The notes under the pieces: model-generated
The model's input: only the letters and a program-made list of their open reading frames with translations
The model's database searches: none
What the model was told of the DNA's origin: nothing
In this document: in pieces, positions 8,694-18,167 of the stretch
Layout: every line of letters begins with the position of its first letter
Position numbering within the stretch: the first letter of the stretch is position 1
Source: Syntrophaceae bacterium UBA2208
GTDB lineage: Bacteria > Desulfobacterota > BSN033 > UBA1163
Direction: 5' to 3'
NCBI GenBank assembly: GCA_002327885.1
Contig: DCUS01000247.1
Coordinates: 21,584 to 74,622, forward strand
Length of the DNA stretch: 53,039 nucleotides
Translations under genes and position numbers: made by a program

Positions 8694-9866
8694 TTAGGCG
8701 GTCGGATTCTGTTTGAACCTGAAAACCTTTTTCCCTGGTACAATCCTGATCTTCCGAGGAGCTGCAATCCAAATAGTGAAGCATGCAAAGAGGGCGCAAG
8801 CTATTACGATAATAAAAAAGGGTATATAGTTTCCCACCTGATCGTGAAGAAATCCACCAAACCATACTCCAAACGCTCCGCCGACTGAATAGAGGACGAA
8901 AATCGTCCTAAAGATACTCCCATAGGCTCGCCCCTCAAAAAAATCCGCCGTGATTAGAGGTGGAAGAACTGCCGTTCCAGCATATCCCATACCCAAAAAT
9001 ATGGCAAAAAAGTATGGAGTATAGGGTGAAGAGAGAATCGGGAATGTGATAAGCAATAATAATCCGCATATACAACAGACCATGACTAATGTGAAGGTAA
9101 CCTCCCTTCCAATCCTATCCGATAATGTCCCCCAAAGGATTTTACCCCCGATGCTCACAATGCCGATCATCCCAACGATATAAGAAACAAAGAGGGTCTC
9201 CAAACCCTTGTCGACGAAAAAGGCCACATGGTGCGTCATAATGGACTGACCGATTAAACTGGTGAAAAAAAAGCAGACGCCGAGGGTCCAGAATTGTTTG
9301 GTTAAAATGGCCTGCCGTAATGTCCAAGATCGTGAAGCCCATTTCAAATCAACAATTAAAGGATCCCTCATCATGGTATAATAGATTTCCTGCTCTGTCG
9401 GAATAGATGAGATTATGCGAGGAGGCTTCTTCAAAAAAATGATGGTCATGATAATAACCACTAAAGGGATAAAGAAAGCCATCACTCGGTAAGCCATTCG
9501 CCATCCTATCCCGTTGATTAGGTATTGGATGGAAGGAATGCAGACAAAAATTCCAATTCCTACTCCTGAGGATAGGATCCCTATCGCCAATCCCCTCTTT
9601 TCCTTAAACCAATTCTGTATGACTGTGACATTAGGTACCCACCCCGTAAACCCCGTCCCTATGGCTGCGATGACACCAAAAAAGAAATAAAATTGCCACC
9701 AAGAATGGATCAAACATAAGGCGAGTCCCGATCCCAAAAGCAGTGATCCCAGTACGAAAACTCTTGAGATGTGCAAATTGTTCGGGGGGGGGTCCATCAG
9801 GATGCTCTGCATCTGCTCCCGTGTACTCATAGCCGTAGGATATACACAAAGCTGAGGGTTTGCCAA
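8694..9866 (-). CDS. MFS transporter (oxalate/formate-antiporter-like), apparently lacking the first 1-2 TM helices
   Basis: I count 10 hydrophobic helices, 4 before and 6 after the central loop. The frame opens only 4 codons above a TTG, and the upstream sequence is AT-rich non-coding. A G8 run (9785-9792) sits in the 5' part. Confidence 0.7.
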   Translation of the reverse strand: MANPQLCVYPTAMSTREQMQSILMDPPPNNLHISRVFVLGSLLLGSGLALCLIHSWWQFYFFFGVIAAIGTGFTGWVPNVTVIQNWFKEKRGLAIGILSSGVGIGIFVCIPSIQYLINGIGWRMAYRVMAFFIPLVVIIMTIIFLKKPPRIISSIPTEQEIYYTMMRDPLIVDLKWASRSWTLRQAILTKQFWTLGVCFFFTSLIGQSIMTHHVAFFVDKGLETLFVSYIVGMIGIVSIGGKILWGTLSDRIGREVTFTLVMVCCICGLLLLITFPILSSPYTPYFFAIFLGMGYAGTAVLPPLITADFFEGRAYGSIFRTIFVLYSVGGAFGVWFGGFLHDQVGNYIPFFIIVIACALFACFTIWIAAPRKIRIVPGKKVFRFKQNPTA

Positions 9867-10079
9867 ATCGAAAATTTATAATAGTGTAATAATATCAATC
9901 AGTTAAATACTGTTTTTAGTGGCCATAGAGGCATTATTTTTTGTTTCATGACTCCCCCCCTTTCATCCTATGCCAAAAATAATTCCTATCAACCCACACA
10001 AGGCCGCTCAGAGGCTTTTTTGTAGCCCTTTTGAATTACTGCTCCCCATTTCAAAATCATAAGTTTTTTTCAAAAAAAA

Positions 10080-10107
10080 TTATAAAAATTTATTTATAAA
10101 AATTTAT
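10080..10107 (+). repeat. perfect tandem 14-bp A/T repeat (ttataaaaatttat x2) abutting the -35 box
   Basis: 10080-10093 and 10094-10107 are identical. The position immediately upstream of TTGACA suggests an UP-element or an activator/architectural-protein site. Confidence 0.6.
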
Positions 10108-10108
10108 C

Positions 10109-10137
10109 TTGACAAGCTTTTTTTTATATGGTAAAGA
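10109..10137 (+). promoter_or_regulatory. sigma70-type promoter of the crt-hbd-thiolase-tetR operon
   Basis: TTGACA (10109-10114), a 17-bp spacer, then an extended -10 TGgTAAAGA (10129-10137). It lies in the divergent gap between the MFS gene and the first island gene. Confidence 0.55.
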
Positions 10138-10139
10138 AA

Positions 10140-10174
10140 AAACGTTTGTTATGTAAGAATAAACGTTTGTTATG
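10140..10174 (+). promoter_or_regulatory. two direct copies of aaacgtttgttatg (palindromic core AAACGTTT), a candidate operator
   Basis: Copies at 10140-10153 and 10161-10174 are 21 bp apart, start to start. The first overlaps the predicted transcription start. A TetR-family gene sits in the same operon. Confidence 0.5.
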
Positions 10175-10249
10175 ATTATTCGAAAGAAATTCTTTAAGTT
10201 GATTATATTTGTGAGTGGTTATCGACTATTTTCTAAAAGGAGGGTTGCA

Positions 10250-11029
10250 GTGTATAGGACATTGATTTTTGATAATAAAGGATCAATCGGTATCCTAAAA
10301 TTCAATCGTCCTGACGTATTGAATGCACTTAACAAGGAAATGTTTTTAGAAATAATCTCAGTTTGCAGGGAAATTCGAGAAAAAGATTTAGTAAAGATCG
10401 TTATATTGACTGGTATGGGAGATAGGTCTTTTATCGCTGGGACGGATATAAATGAAATGATAAGCCTATCAAGTTTTGAGGCAAGAAAATTTGCTGGTTT
10501 GGCTTTTGAATCAATAAATAGCATAGAAAATTTAGACATACCTACAATTGCGGCAATAAATGGATTCGCACTAGGAGGTGGGTGCGAACTATCTATGGCT
10601 TGTGATGTTCGAATTGCGTCTGATAAGGCAAAATTAGGGCAGCCAGAGACCAACCTCGGCGTAATTCCGGGTTCCGGTGGTACTCAAAGACTTACTAGAT
10701 TAGTAGGACTTTCGAAAGCAAAATGGCTGATCTTCAGTGGTGAAATTATAAATGCCAAAACAGCCCTTGAATTGGGACTCGTGGATTTTGTGGTTCCACA
10801 CGCTCTATTGCTTGATGAAACCATGAAATTAGCTGTCAAGATTTCTGAAAAATCCAAGATTGCCCTTACTCTGGCAAAAACTGCTATTAGTAAAGGATTT
10901 GATGTAGATTTGCAGACAGGACTGAGGTTTGAGACTGAGTGCTTTGCTCAGTGCTTTCAAACTTATGATCAAAAGGAAGGTATGGGGGCTTTTATGGAAA
11001 AGCGAAAGGCAGTTTTCAATGATAAATGA
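10250..11029 (+). CDS. crt: enoyl-CoA hydratase (crotonase)
   Basis: The likely start is GTG 10250, 6 nt after AGGAGG (10238-43), giving ~259 aa; the track's 10172 start adds an odd hydrophobic leader. Motifs ...GGGCELSMACDVRIA...GQPETNLGVIPGSGGTQRL.... Confidence 0.85.
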   Translation: MYRTLIFDNKGSIGILKFNRPDVLNALNKEMFLEIISVCREIREKDLVKIVILTGMGDRSFIAGTDINEMISLSSFEARKFAGLAFESINSIENLDIPTIAAINGFALGGGCELSMACDVRIASDKAKLGQPETNLGVIPGSGGTQRLTRLVGLSKAKWLIFSGEIINAKTALELGLVDFVVPHALLLDETMKLAVKISEKSKIALTLAKTAISKGFDVDLQTGLRFETECFAQCFQTYDQKEGMGAFMEKRKAVFNDK

Positions 11030-11892
11030 GACCAATGGAGATTAAGATGATTTATAAAAATATTTTCATTCAAGGAGCGGGTATAATGGGAGCAGGTATT
11101 GCGCAAGTTTCCGCTCAAGCGGGCATGAATGTAACATTAATGGATTTGTCCGCTGAACTCATTAAAAAAGCTATAGACTCCATCGAAAGGAATTTGCTGC
11201 GGAGCATGGAGAAGGGGAGAATTACACTTCAGGATAAGGCGGACATTTTATCTCGAATTAAATTGAGTACGGACACGGAGGGGGCTAAGGAGGCGGAAAT
11301 AGCCATCGAAGCTGTATTTGAAGATGTTGAGTTGAAAAAAAAGGTTTTTAATGAACTGGATAAAATATGCCCATCACACACCATTCTGGCGTCAAACACC
11401 TCATCAATTCCAATCGGCTTTATTGCATCGTCTATTGCAAGGAAAGAGAAGATTATAGGTCTCCATTTCATGAATCCCGTTCCGGTGATGCGTGGGGTTG
11501 AAATTATTCGGGCGAGAACAACTTCAGATGAAACTTTTAACATCGCTATGGATTTCATTCGTAAGTTAGGAAAAGAGGCTGTAGAAGCCGTTGATTACGC
11601 GGGGTTTATTTGTAGCAGAATTTTGGACGCCATGTTGAACGAGGCAGTGAGATGTGTAATGGATGGTAATAGGCCTGAAGAGGTTGATAAAGCCATGAAA
11701 GTATGTACTAATTTTCCGATGGGTCCTTTAGAGTTGATAGATTTGGCAGGTGCGGATATTGTCCTCCATGGTCTTGAGATAATGGAAGAAGAATTTGGTG
11801 ACAGATACCATCCAGCTCCTTTACTCCGCCAGTTGATTAGATCTGGACATTTGGGGAAAAAGGCTGGGAAGGGATTTTACAACTACACATAA
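11026..11892 (+). CDS. hbd: 3-hydroxybutyryl-CoA dehydrogenase
   Basis: ATGA overlap with the upstream gene. Rossmann motif GAGIMGAGIAQV, ...ASNTSS..., and C-terminal ...GHLGKKAGKGFYNY. Confidence 0.9.
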   Translation: MRPMEIKMIYKNIFIQGAGIMGAGIAQVSAQAGMNVTLMDLSAELIKKAIDSIERNLLRSMEKGRITLQDKADILSRIKLSTDTEGAKEAEIAIEAVFEDVELKKKVFNELDKICPSHTILASNTSSIPIGFIASSIARKEKIIGLHFMNPVPVMRGVEIIRARTTSDETFNIAMDFIRKLGKEAVEAVDYAGFICSRILDAMLNEAVRCVMDGNRPEEVDKAMKVCTNFPMGPLELIDLAGADIVLHGLEIMEEEFGDRYHPAPLLRQLIRSGHLGKKAGKGFYNYT

Positions 11893-11957
11893 AATATTGC
11901 TTGGGGAAAATCTTTAGTTTAACCACAAGTATGCTTTGAAAATCATTTGGGTGAAAG

Positions 11958-13175
11958 ATGGTCAACCGTGATGTTGTTATTGTTAGCGCAGCGAGGACTC
12001 CGTTTGGTAGATATGGTGGGTCTTTGAAGGATTTTGATTATTTTGATCTGGGTGCGATTCCAATGAAAGAAGTATTAAAGAGAGTAAATTTAGAGCCAAA
12101 AATAGTGGGTGAAGTCTTTTGGGGTGTAGGAGATACCTCTGTATGCAAGGATGTCTATACGCCGGTGGCGGCGAGGCAGACTCTGTTGAAGGCAGGTTTA
12201 CCTGCTGAAACGCCTTCTCTCAGTTTAGATAAGGCATGTGTTTCTGCTATGTCAGCCGTAAAACTTGGGATGATGGCGATAAAGCTTGGGGAGATCGAAG
12301 TGGCCATAGGGGGCGGTGCAACCTCCTTCAGCCAGGAGCCCCTCATAGTACGGGGTCTTCGATTTAATGGGTTTCGTTTGGGTGATGTGAAAATGGAAGA
12401 TCCTCTTTATCAGTTAGGGTATAAAGACTTCAATCCGGTTTCAGTGGATACCGACAACGTAGCGGCTGAATTTGGAATTTCAAGAGAAGAACAGGATGAA
12501 TGGGCTTATAGAAGCCATCAAAATTATGGGAAGGCATGGAAAGATGGCAAGTTCAAGAATGAAATCATTCCTTTAGAAATCCAGCAGAAAGGGAAGGAGT
12601 CTTTTATTCTCGATATAGATGAGCAGTATCGACATGACACGACTGTTGAGAAACTGTCCAAATTGAAGCCTATTTATGGATGTAAAGCAGTCACCGCTGG
12701 AAATGCACCGGGCCTGAACGATGGTGCGGCAGCGATGCTTTTCATGAGCAAGAAGAAAGCCAGAGACCTCCACTTAAAGCCAATTGCGACAATTGTAGCG
12801 ATGATCTCCCTTGCGATTAATCCAAATCGGATGCCTGAAGGACCCGGGCTCGCCATTCAGAAGGTATTAGATTTGGCAAAATTGAAACTGGATCAAATAG
12901 ATGTGATTGAGATCAACGAAGCCTTTGCTGCAGTACCCCTGGTGAGTATCGAAGTTCTTTGTCATGGGGATAAGGTCCAAGTAAAAGAGGTTCAGAGGAA
13001 GACCAATATCAACGGAAGTGCTATTGCTATTGGTCACCCCAATACAGCCAGCGGAGCCAGGATCATGATGACCCTGGCTTACGAATTGAGGAGACGTGGA
13101 AAAGGATATGCCGTCGGAGCAATTTGTGGCGGCTTAGCCCAAGCAGATGCATGTCTCATGAAGTATGAAGGGTAA
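11958..13175 (+). CDS. acetyl-CoA C-acyltransferase (thiolase)
   Basis: 405 aa. N-terminus ...VIVSAARTPFGRYGGSL, active-site Cys region LDKACVSAMSA, C-terminal ...NGSAIAIGHPNTASGARI... and ...AICGGLAQA. Confidence 0.9.
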   Translation: MVNRDVVIVSAARTPFGRYGGSLKDFDYFDLGAIPMKEVLKRVNLEPKIVGEVFWGVGDTSVCKDVYTPVAARQTLLKAGLPAETPSLSLDKACVSAMSAVKLGMMAIKLGEIEVAIGGGATSFSQEPLIVRGLRFNGFRLGDVKMEDPLYQLGYKDFNPVSVDTDNVAAEFGISREEQDEWAYRSHQNYGKAWKDGKFKNEIIPLEIQQKGKESFILDIDEQYRHDTTVEKLSKLKPIYGCKAVTAGNAPGLNDGAAAMLFMSKKKARDLHLKPIATIVAMISLAINPNRMPEGPGLAIQKVLDLAKLKLDQIDVIEINEAFAAVPLVSIEVLCHGDKVQVKEVQRKTNINGSAIAIGHPNTASGARIMMTLAYELRRRGKGYAVGAICGGLAQADACLMKYEG

Positions 13176-13178
13176 ACA

Positions 13179-13850
13179 ATGCCCAAGATGAGGTTAAAGA
13201 ATACCATGCCCAATAAGATATTGAACAGAAAAATCCATGCCCAAGTTGCAAACAAAAAATTGGTAGAGGCGAGGCATAAACAAATTTTCACGGCTGCAAT
13301 AAAGCTTTTTTCCGATCGGGGGTTCCAAAGCACTACGATGCGCGGTATTGCTTCAACTGCCGGGATAAATCTTTCACAATTGTATAATTACATTTCGTCA
13401 AAGGATGATATTTTATATCTTTTTTATAAACATTCCTATGCCCAATGGATGCATTTTTATGACCGATTGGAAGACGAGGAGAAAGATACGGTTGAACTAC
13501 TTAAAGATTTAGTAAAATCGATGTTGCAATATGCGCACAATAAGCCAAAAGAAATACTTACCCTTTATACCGAAACGAGACATTTAAAGCACGACTATCT
13601 TCATTCCGTGCTTGACGCTGAATCCGCAATGATAAAAAAACTGGAATATTTTATAAAGAGAGGAACTAAAGAAGGTGTGTTTAGGGTTAATGATCCATTT
13701 ATCATTGCGAACATCATTCAGTATCTTATCGTAATTGAGGCATTAAGGGGTTGGAGTATTATGGAAAAGTATACTTTTAATAAATATGCTAATCTAATCA
13801 CTGATATTATCTTAGATTTAGTGGGAGTAAAAAACAAACAAAAAGATTAA
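13179..13850 (+). CDS. TetR/AcrR family transcriptional regulator
   Basis: Starts 4 nt after the thiolase stop. N-terminal HTH ...FSDRGFQSTTMRGIASTAGINLSQLYNYISSKDDIL.... Confidence 0.85.
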   Translation: MPKMRLKNTMPNKILNRKIHAQVANKKLVEARHKQIFTAAIKLFSDRGFQSTTMRGIASTAGINLSQLYNYISSKDDILYLFYKHSYAQWMHFYDRLEDEEKDTVELLKDLVKSMLQYAHNKPKEILTLYTETRHLKHDYLHSVLDAESAMIKKLEYFIKRGTKEGVFRVNDPFIIANIIQYLIVIEALRGWSIMEKYTFNKYANLITDIILDLVGVKNKQKD

Positions 13851-13931
13851 AATAAAGAAATGAATTAGGGTAGAAAAGATTTTTCAACAAAGTAGGAAGA
13901 GAAGCTATTAACAAAAAAGGGAAGAGCGATT

Positions 13932-14771
13932 ATGAACATTAAAGGAGTTGGTATCATAGGGTGCGGACTGATGGGAACGAGTATTGCAGTCGTTTGCTTA
14001 AAAAAAGGGTTTGATATCCTGATGTACGATATTACAAAAGAGATTGTGCAAGATGGGATTAAAAAGATAGAAAAAGTATTAAATAAAACAGAGGGGGGAG
14101 CGGAGAACAGAAAGGCACTTATGAGAAGAGTCAAAGGGACCCTGGAATTACGTGACTTTAATAGTCGCGATATAGTAATTGAGGCAATCGTTGAAAAATT
14201 AGGAGAAAAGACGAAAATATTTGGCGAACTTGATAGAGTGTGCAAAGAAAACGCAATTCTTGCGAGCAACACTTCAAGTCTATCAATAATCGATATTGCA
14301 GCTTCTACAAAAAGAATTGAGCAGGTGCTCGGAATGCATTTTATTGCACCGGCATATATGTTTCCTGTGGTGGAGATTATCAGGACCATCAGGACAAGCG
14401 AAAAGGTTCTAGAGACTGTCAAAGAATTTGGGACTTCATTGGGGATGGAGGTCTTCGTGACTAAAGATTATCCTGGATTTGTGATTAACAACATTCAGAT
14501 ACCGATGCTTCTGCAAGCCGTTCGTGTGTTGGAAAAGGATCTCGCTACAAGGGAGGTAATAGATATGGTGATGACAAAGGGTATGGGACATCGCATTGGT
14601 CCACTAGCGCTTGTCGACTACGTTGGTATCGATACAATATTTAATATGGCACAAAGCATATACGAAGAGACTAAAGATATGATTTGGGCGCCGCCGTTGC
14701 TCTTAAGAAAAATGGTGGCTGCTGGTTGGCTGGGAAGAAAAACAGGAAAAGGATTCTACAGTTATGACTGA
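13932..14771 (+). CDS. 3-hydroxyacyl-CoA dehydrogenase family protein
   Basis: GIIGCGLMGTSIA Rossmann fold, ...ASNTSSLSI..., and C-terminal ...AAGWLGRKTGKGFYSY. Paralogue of the gene at 37000-37896. Confidence 0.88.
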   Translation: MNIKGVGIIGCGLMGTSIAVVCLKKGFDILMYDITKEIVQDGIKKIEKVLNKTEGGAENRKALMRRVKGTLELRDFNSRDIVIEAIVEKLGEKTKIFGELDRVCKENAILASNTSSLSIIDIAASTKRIEQVLGMHFIAPAYMFPVVEIIRTIRTSEKVLETVKEFGTSLGMEVFVTKDYPGFVINNIQIPMLLQAVRVLEKDLATREVIDMVMTKGMGHRIGPLALVDYVGIDTIFNMAQSIYEETKDMIWAPPLLLRKMVAAGWLGRKTGKGFYSYD

Positions 14772-14809
14772 GAGGAGACTGAGATTTGTGAAGGGGAGGA
14801 GAGATAAAG

Positions 14810-15613
14810 ATGAGAGTGATTAAAGATTTGGAAGGAAAAGTGGCAATCGTAACAGGCGCCAGTCGTGGCATAGGGAAAGCCATAGCTTTGGGCTTAGCGA
14901 ATGCGGGAGCAAAGGTTATCGTGACCGCAAGAACAGTTGAAGAAAGCGCGATGATTGGGGGGAGCATAATGAAAACTACAGAAGAAATCAAGAAACGAGG
15001 AGGATGGGCGCTCCCGGTACAAACCAATATTGCTGATGAAAGCAGTGTTGAGAGTATGGTGCAAAAAGCTTTAAGTGAAGTAGGAAGAATTGATGTCCTA
15101 ATAAATAACGCGGGTATCAGCGTACGAAAACCTTTCAAGGATCTGACGTTAAAAGAATGGGATTTGGTTTTTCGGATTAATTTGCGGGGCCTTGTGGCAT
15201 GTACAAAATCAGTCTTACCAGCCATGATGGAACAGAGGTGTGGGCATATTGTGAATATATCATCAATCGCGGCGATTACTATTAATTATCCGATCACAGG
15301 GCTGGTCTACGATGTAAGCAAAGCAGCTATTAATAGATTAACCTGGGGGCTTGCTGAAGAAGTAAAAGAATACAATATTGCAGTTAATGCGTTTATGCCA
15401 GAGAATACGAAGAGCGATGGTTGGATGATGGTAAATCCTGAAATTGATAAATCCGAATGGCAAACAACTGATCTGTGGAGTGATAATGTAATTTTTTTGG
15501 TAACAAGAGAACCGCAACAGTTTAATGGGAAAGTCCTAACTGCGCAAGATATTGAAAGGGAAATGGAAGCGATAGGTTGGGACAGGAAAGGTGCTTATAC
15601 AAAAAAATCCTAG
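14810..15613 (+). CDS. short-chain dehydrogenase/reductase (SDR)
   Basis: TGASRGIG cofactor motif, NNAG, and catalytic YDVSK (YxxxK). GGAGGAG RBS. Confidence 0.88.
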   Translation: MRVIKDLEGKVAIVTGASRGIGKAIALGLANAGAKVIVTARTVEESAMIGGSIMKTTEEIKKRGGWALPVQTNIADESSVESMVQKALSEVGRIDVLINNAGISVRKPFKDLTLKEWDLVFRINLRGLVACTKSVLPAMMEQRCGHIVNISSIAAITINYPITGLVYDVSKAAINRLTWGLAEEVKEYNIAVNAFMPENTKSDGWMMVNPEIDKSEWQTTDLWSDNVIFLVTREPQQFNGKVLTAQDIEREMEAIGWDRKGAYTKKS

Positions 15614-15678
15614 TCGAGTAAGTTTAGTCAAAAAAGAGGTAAGGGAAAATTGTTGTAGAATACTACTGGAGGATACAG

Positions 15679-16446
15679 ATGCGTGAGTTGGCACTATTGG
15701 CTAAAGAATTGGAAGAGCATCTTCGTCTTAAAACGAGGATCATTGGTTATAAGAAAATCGAGGGGGCTGAAGAGCTTGAAAAAATGGAAGGAGTCACAAG
15801 AATTGATCATTTGTTTACTTTTTGCCAAATCCCATTCATGGCCAGAGTTTCAGGTTTAACGGTTGGAATTACCAAAAATGACAAAATGCTTGGGCGTTGC
15901 ATGAGAATATCGGGATTAAAGGCGGCGACAGAAAAAAGCATGGTGACTGAGGCTGAGGATCTGTCCACAACATGGTTTGGCTCGACCGAGGACGGATTGT
16001 GTCAACAAAAAGATTATCCCCGCATACCTCCTGGTGGGGCAATCGTGGTTGGTCCATTGGCGGATGAGAAGTTTAACCCTGACGTGATCTTGATTTACGG
16101 TAATACAGCCCAGACGATGATGCTAATGTGTGGTTTGCAAAAAGAGAAATATGAGCGGTTTGAATTCTCTTTCATCGGAGAAGGTGCTTGTGCTGACTCA
16201 CTGGCCCGATGTTATGTCTCAAGAAAGCCAGCCGTGGCTATTCCATGCTATGGAGAAAGAATCTTTGGCCAGGTCGCCGACGATGAGATTGTGATTGCTT
16301 TGCCTGCGACTTACATGGAAAGAGCTATTTCAGGATTAAAGAAATTAGCCTCAATCGGGCTAAAATATCCGATCCGTTTCATCGGAGGTGAGGCCGATAT
16401 TACTCCTGTGTTAATGGAATTGTATCCAAAAGCTTTCAAGCGTTAA
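15679..16446 (+). CDS. DUF169-family protein (copy 1)
   Basis: 255 aa. Overall similarity to the second copy at 34110, and family-like ...FCQ.PFMAR..G... and ...GEGAC... segments. Recognised from memory of the DUF169/COG2043 family, not from a search. Confidence 0.6.
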   Translation: MRELALLAKELEEHLRLKTRIIGYKKIEGAEELEKMEGVTRIDHLFTFCQIPFMARVSGLTVGITKNDKMLGRCMRISGLKAATEKSMVTEAEDLSTTWFGSTEDGLCQQKDYPRIPPGGAIVVGPLADEKFNPDVILIYGNTAQTMMLMCGLQKEKYERFEFSFIGEGACADSLARCYVSRKPAVAIPCYGERIFGQVADDEIVIALPATYMERAISGLKKLASIGLKYPIRFIGGEADITPVLMELYPKAFKR

Positions 16447-16497
16447 ACCCCAATGATTCTGAAGCAATTTAGAGTAAGGAAAGGGGAAAAGAGGGAG

Positions 16498-18150
16498 ATG
16501 GAGAAAATTAGGATGATTAAGAAAGAACCTCAGGATGAAGTTCCATGCAGAAAAGGATGCCCCGCGGGTATTGATGTACCGAAATTTATTCGTTTGTCTG
16601 AACAGGGTAAATTCGAAGAAGCTCTGGCTGTAATTCGCGAAAATAATCCTTTCCCTTCAGTGACTGGCCACACCTGTCTTGCTTTCTGTGAACGCAAGTG
16701 CCGGCGGGGTGAAATAGATGCACCGGTAGGGATTAATGCTATTGAGCGCTTTATTACTGACCAAGTTAATGGAAAGTTGACAAGAAAAATGGGAAAGAGA
16801 AAGTCCCCAGGTAGCCTTGTCGGTATTGTCGGATCTGGACCAGCAGGATTGACTGCAGCCTATTATTTAGCTGCGCAAGCAGGACATTCCGTAACCGTGT
16901 TTGAGGAGTTTCCAGAGGTAGGAGGGATGATGCGGTATGGAATCCCCTTTTATCGCTTGCCAAAGGAAGTCTTGGCTTATGACGTTGACTATATTAAAGG
17001 CATAGGGATAAATTTTAGAACTAATACGAAGATTGAATCGCCCGATAGACTTCAGAAGGAAGGTTTTGACGCAGTCTTGTGGGCTGCTGGTGCGGGTCAG
17101 GGTTATAAACTTCCAATCCCCGGTGCTGATCTTGTTGGAGTTTTAGTTGGCCTGCCTTTTCTTGAAGCGATCGTCGCGGGAACTGAGGTCAAAGTTGGAA
17201 AGAAAGTTGTCGTCCTTGGAGGTGGCAATGTCGCCTTCGACTGTGCCCGTTCCGCAATGCGATTGGGAGCCTCGAATGTTCGGATCATTTGCCTTGAACC
17301 AAGAGACGCCATGTTAGCTTCCCGTGATGAGATCGAAGAAGCTGAAGAAGAAGGAATCGTGGTTCATCACTCAAACACTGTTAAGAAAATTATCGGCCAT
17401 AACGGGCGCGTTATGGGGGTTGAGTGTGTCAATATAAAAACTTTTTGGTTCGATGATAGAGGTAAGGCTCATATCGATCCTGTCGAGGGTTCTGAATATA
17501 TCCTGCCGTCAGACACAGTTATATTTGCCGTTGGTCAGTTGCCAGACCTTGAACCCATCAGAAGTACCAATATTAAGATGACAGCCCGGGGGACGATAGA
17601 GATTGATCCTTCTTATTTATCAACGAGTAAGAAAGGTGTTTTTGTTGCAGGTGACGTAATAACCGGGACTTCATCCATAATTGAAGCGGTTGCGGCGGGC
17701 AAAAAGGCAGCAATTTCTATTGATAGGTTTCTTGGAAGCAATATTTTGAATTTTAACAATGCGATCTTAAGTGAAGAGTCGTCAAAATGGCTTGGGTTTG
17801 ATGAAAGGATTTTGGACATAGGCCGGCTTTCTCAACCAGTATTGCATGGAAAAGAACGTACTTACAATTTTGATGAAGTAAAACTTGGTTATAGCAAGGA
17901 GATGGCCAAACGAGAAATTAATCGGTGCCTGCACTGCGACCAATCAATCTTATTAGAAGTAGATATAGATAAGTGTACTAACTGCTACACGTGTCAATTA
18001 ACGTGTTCATTGGTATATCAGGGGATGTGTAATCCAGAAAAGGCTCGCATATTAATAGGGCGAGACGAGATAAATTATAGTAGCGAATGTGTTGCGGGTT
18101 GCTCTCTATGTGTTCAGCATTGCCCACAAGACGCCCTCTTGTTAAAGTGA
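16498..18150 (+). CDS. NAD(P)H-dependent FAD oxidoreductase, glutamate-synthase small-subunit (GltD)-like, fused to a C-terminal 2x[4Fe-4S] ferredoxin domain
   Basis: ATG 16498 follows GAGGGAG; the longest ORF starts at 16453. The N-terminal Cys-rich helical domain (CRKGCPAG...CLAFCERKC) is followed by VGSGPAGLTAAYYLA and a second fold VLGGGNVAFDCA. The C-terminus has CTNCYTCQLTC and CVAGCSLCVQHCP. Confidence 0.8.
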   Translation: MEKIRMIKKEPQDEVPCRKGCPAGIDVPKFIRLSEQGKFEEALAVIRENNPFPSVTGHTCLAFCERKCRRGEIDAPVGINAIERFITDQVNGKLTRKMGKRKSPGSLVGIVGSGPAGLTAAYYLAAQAGHSVTVFEEFPEVGGMMRYGIPFYRLPKEVLAYDVDYIKGIGINFRTNTKIESPDRLQKEGFDAVLWAAGAGQGYKLPIPGADLVGVLVGLPFLEAIVAGTEVKVGKKVVVLGGGNVAFDCARSAMRLGASNVRIICLEPRDAMLASRDEIEEAEEEGIVVHHSNTVKKIIGHNGRVMGVECVNIKTFWFDDRGKAHIDPVEGSEYILPSDTVIFAVGQLPDLEPIRSTNIKMTARGTIEIDPSYLSTSKKGVFVAGDVITGTSSIIEAVAAGKKAAISIDRFLGSNILNFNNAILSEESSKWLGFDERILDIGRLSQPVLHGKERTYNFDEVKLGYSKEMAKREINRCLHCDQSILLEVDIDKCTNCYTCQLTCSLVYQGMCNPEKARILIGRDEINYSSECVAGCSLCVQHCPQDALLLK

Positions 18151-18167
18151 TAAAAGGAGATATAAAG

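Noticed and set aside
8438-8888. ORFs 8438-8629 and 8619-8888 between the FAD oxidoreductase and MFS genes
   Set aside because: The first has a non-ATG start, neither has an RBS, the second overlaps the MFS 3' end, and no family is recognised. They might be a decayed gene fragment, but I cannot support that.
13865-15225. Long antisense ORFs (13865-14422, 14671-15225; similarly 24164-24673 and 33698-34222)
   Set aside because: Each lies opposite a confidently identified enzyme gene and has a Ser/Ile/Phe-rich junk composition with no motifs. They are typical shadow ORFs.
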